A stretch of DNA of 64,000 nt from an uncultured Gammaproteobacteria bacterium (lineage in GTDB: Bacteria > Pseudomonadota > Gammaproteobacteria > GCA-001735895), in contig CALJYH010000015.1 in assembly GCA_937984095.1 (NCBI GenBank), positions 7,065 to 71,064 on the forward strand. The letters are read 5' to 3'. Both the position numbers and the translations under genes were made by a program. How positions within the stretch are numbered: the stretch's first letter is position 1; each line of letters starts with the position of its first letter. Shown here piece by piece: positions 63,871 to 64,000 of the stretch. A model generated the notes under the pieces. That model worked only from the letters and a program-made list of their open reading frames with translations. It had not been told where the DNA came from and searched no databases.

Positions 63871-64000
63871 AGATTTGCCAGTGCCTCGGCGACGGCATTA
63901 CCAAACTCGGACGGCCTGACGATAATACCGACACCAGCGGCACGCAGAATTTCGACCTTTTCCGCGGCCGATTCGCCTACGCTGGTCACAATCGCACCCG
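63867..64000 (-). CDS. sucD: Succinyl-CoA synthetase alpha subunit, C-terminal fragment (partial)
   Basis: Minus-strand translation …GAIVTSVGESAAEKVEILRAAGVGIIVRPSEFGNAVAEALANL* matches the conserved SucD C-terminus pattern (…GTAEEKxxALEAAGVxxxxSPxxxGxAxxxxL). Confidence 0.6.
   Translation of the reverse strand, partial: GAIVTSVGESAAEKVEILRAAGVGIIVRPSEFGNAVAEALANL

Overview
This 64-kb window reads as gammaproteobacterial chromosomal backbone, judged from gene content and synteny (ftsK-lolA-rarA, sdhCDAB, iscRSU). Coding density is high, GC is about 50-52 percent, and many genes are translationally coupled through ATGA/TGATG junctions. I found no transposase, integrase, CRISPR array, rRNA or tRNA. 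About 55 protein-coding genes can be called.

Housekeeping blocks:
- TatD-family hydrolase
- the MoxR-DUF58-DUF4381-BatA-BatB-BatD cassette (the 'aerotolerance' operon)
- fadIJ beta-oxidation pair
- a quinone-oxidoreductase-family dehydrogenase
- purB and the L16 hydroxylase roxA
- a CysK/CBS-family PLP enzyme
- a periplasmic glycerophosphodiester phosphodiesterase
- a DinG/YoaA helicase
- mrcB (PBP1B)
- a DAHP synthase
- a PfkB-family kinase
- cysG
- iscRSU
- sdhCDAB followed directly by sdhE-ygfX
- dsbC
- rarA, lolA, ftsK
- trxB
- aat
- a partial sucD at the 3' edge.

Less characterised units that look most worth follow-up:
1. A non-pyrrolysine MttB-family methyltransferase, an FAD oxidoreductase and a dimethylglycine-dehydrogenase-like gene in one operon, next to a signal-less PhnD-fold binding protein.
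2. A divergently placed pair of HDOD signalling proteins, one carrying a cNMP-binding-like N-domain.
3. A 738-aa His-rich protein of unknown function plus a 2-TM protein inserted between the dehydrogenase and purB.
4. A rubrerythrin / CCG-domain Fe-S protein / DUF3501 triad.
5. An orphan TAXI-type periplasmic binding protein coupled to a membrane GGDEF-EAL sensor.
6. A DUF4399 periplasmic protein next to a lipoprotein with a tandem-HKD phospholipase-D domain.

Direct sequence observations include a textbook IscR type-1 palindrome upstream of iscR, two clean rho-independent terminators, a degenerate duplicate of a gene's 3' end in an AT-rich intergenic region, and several GTG/TTG starts.
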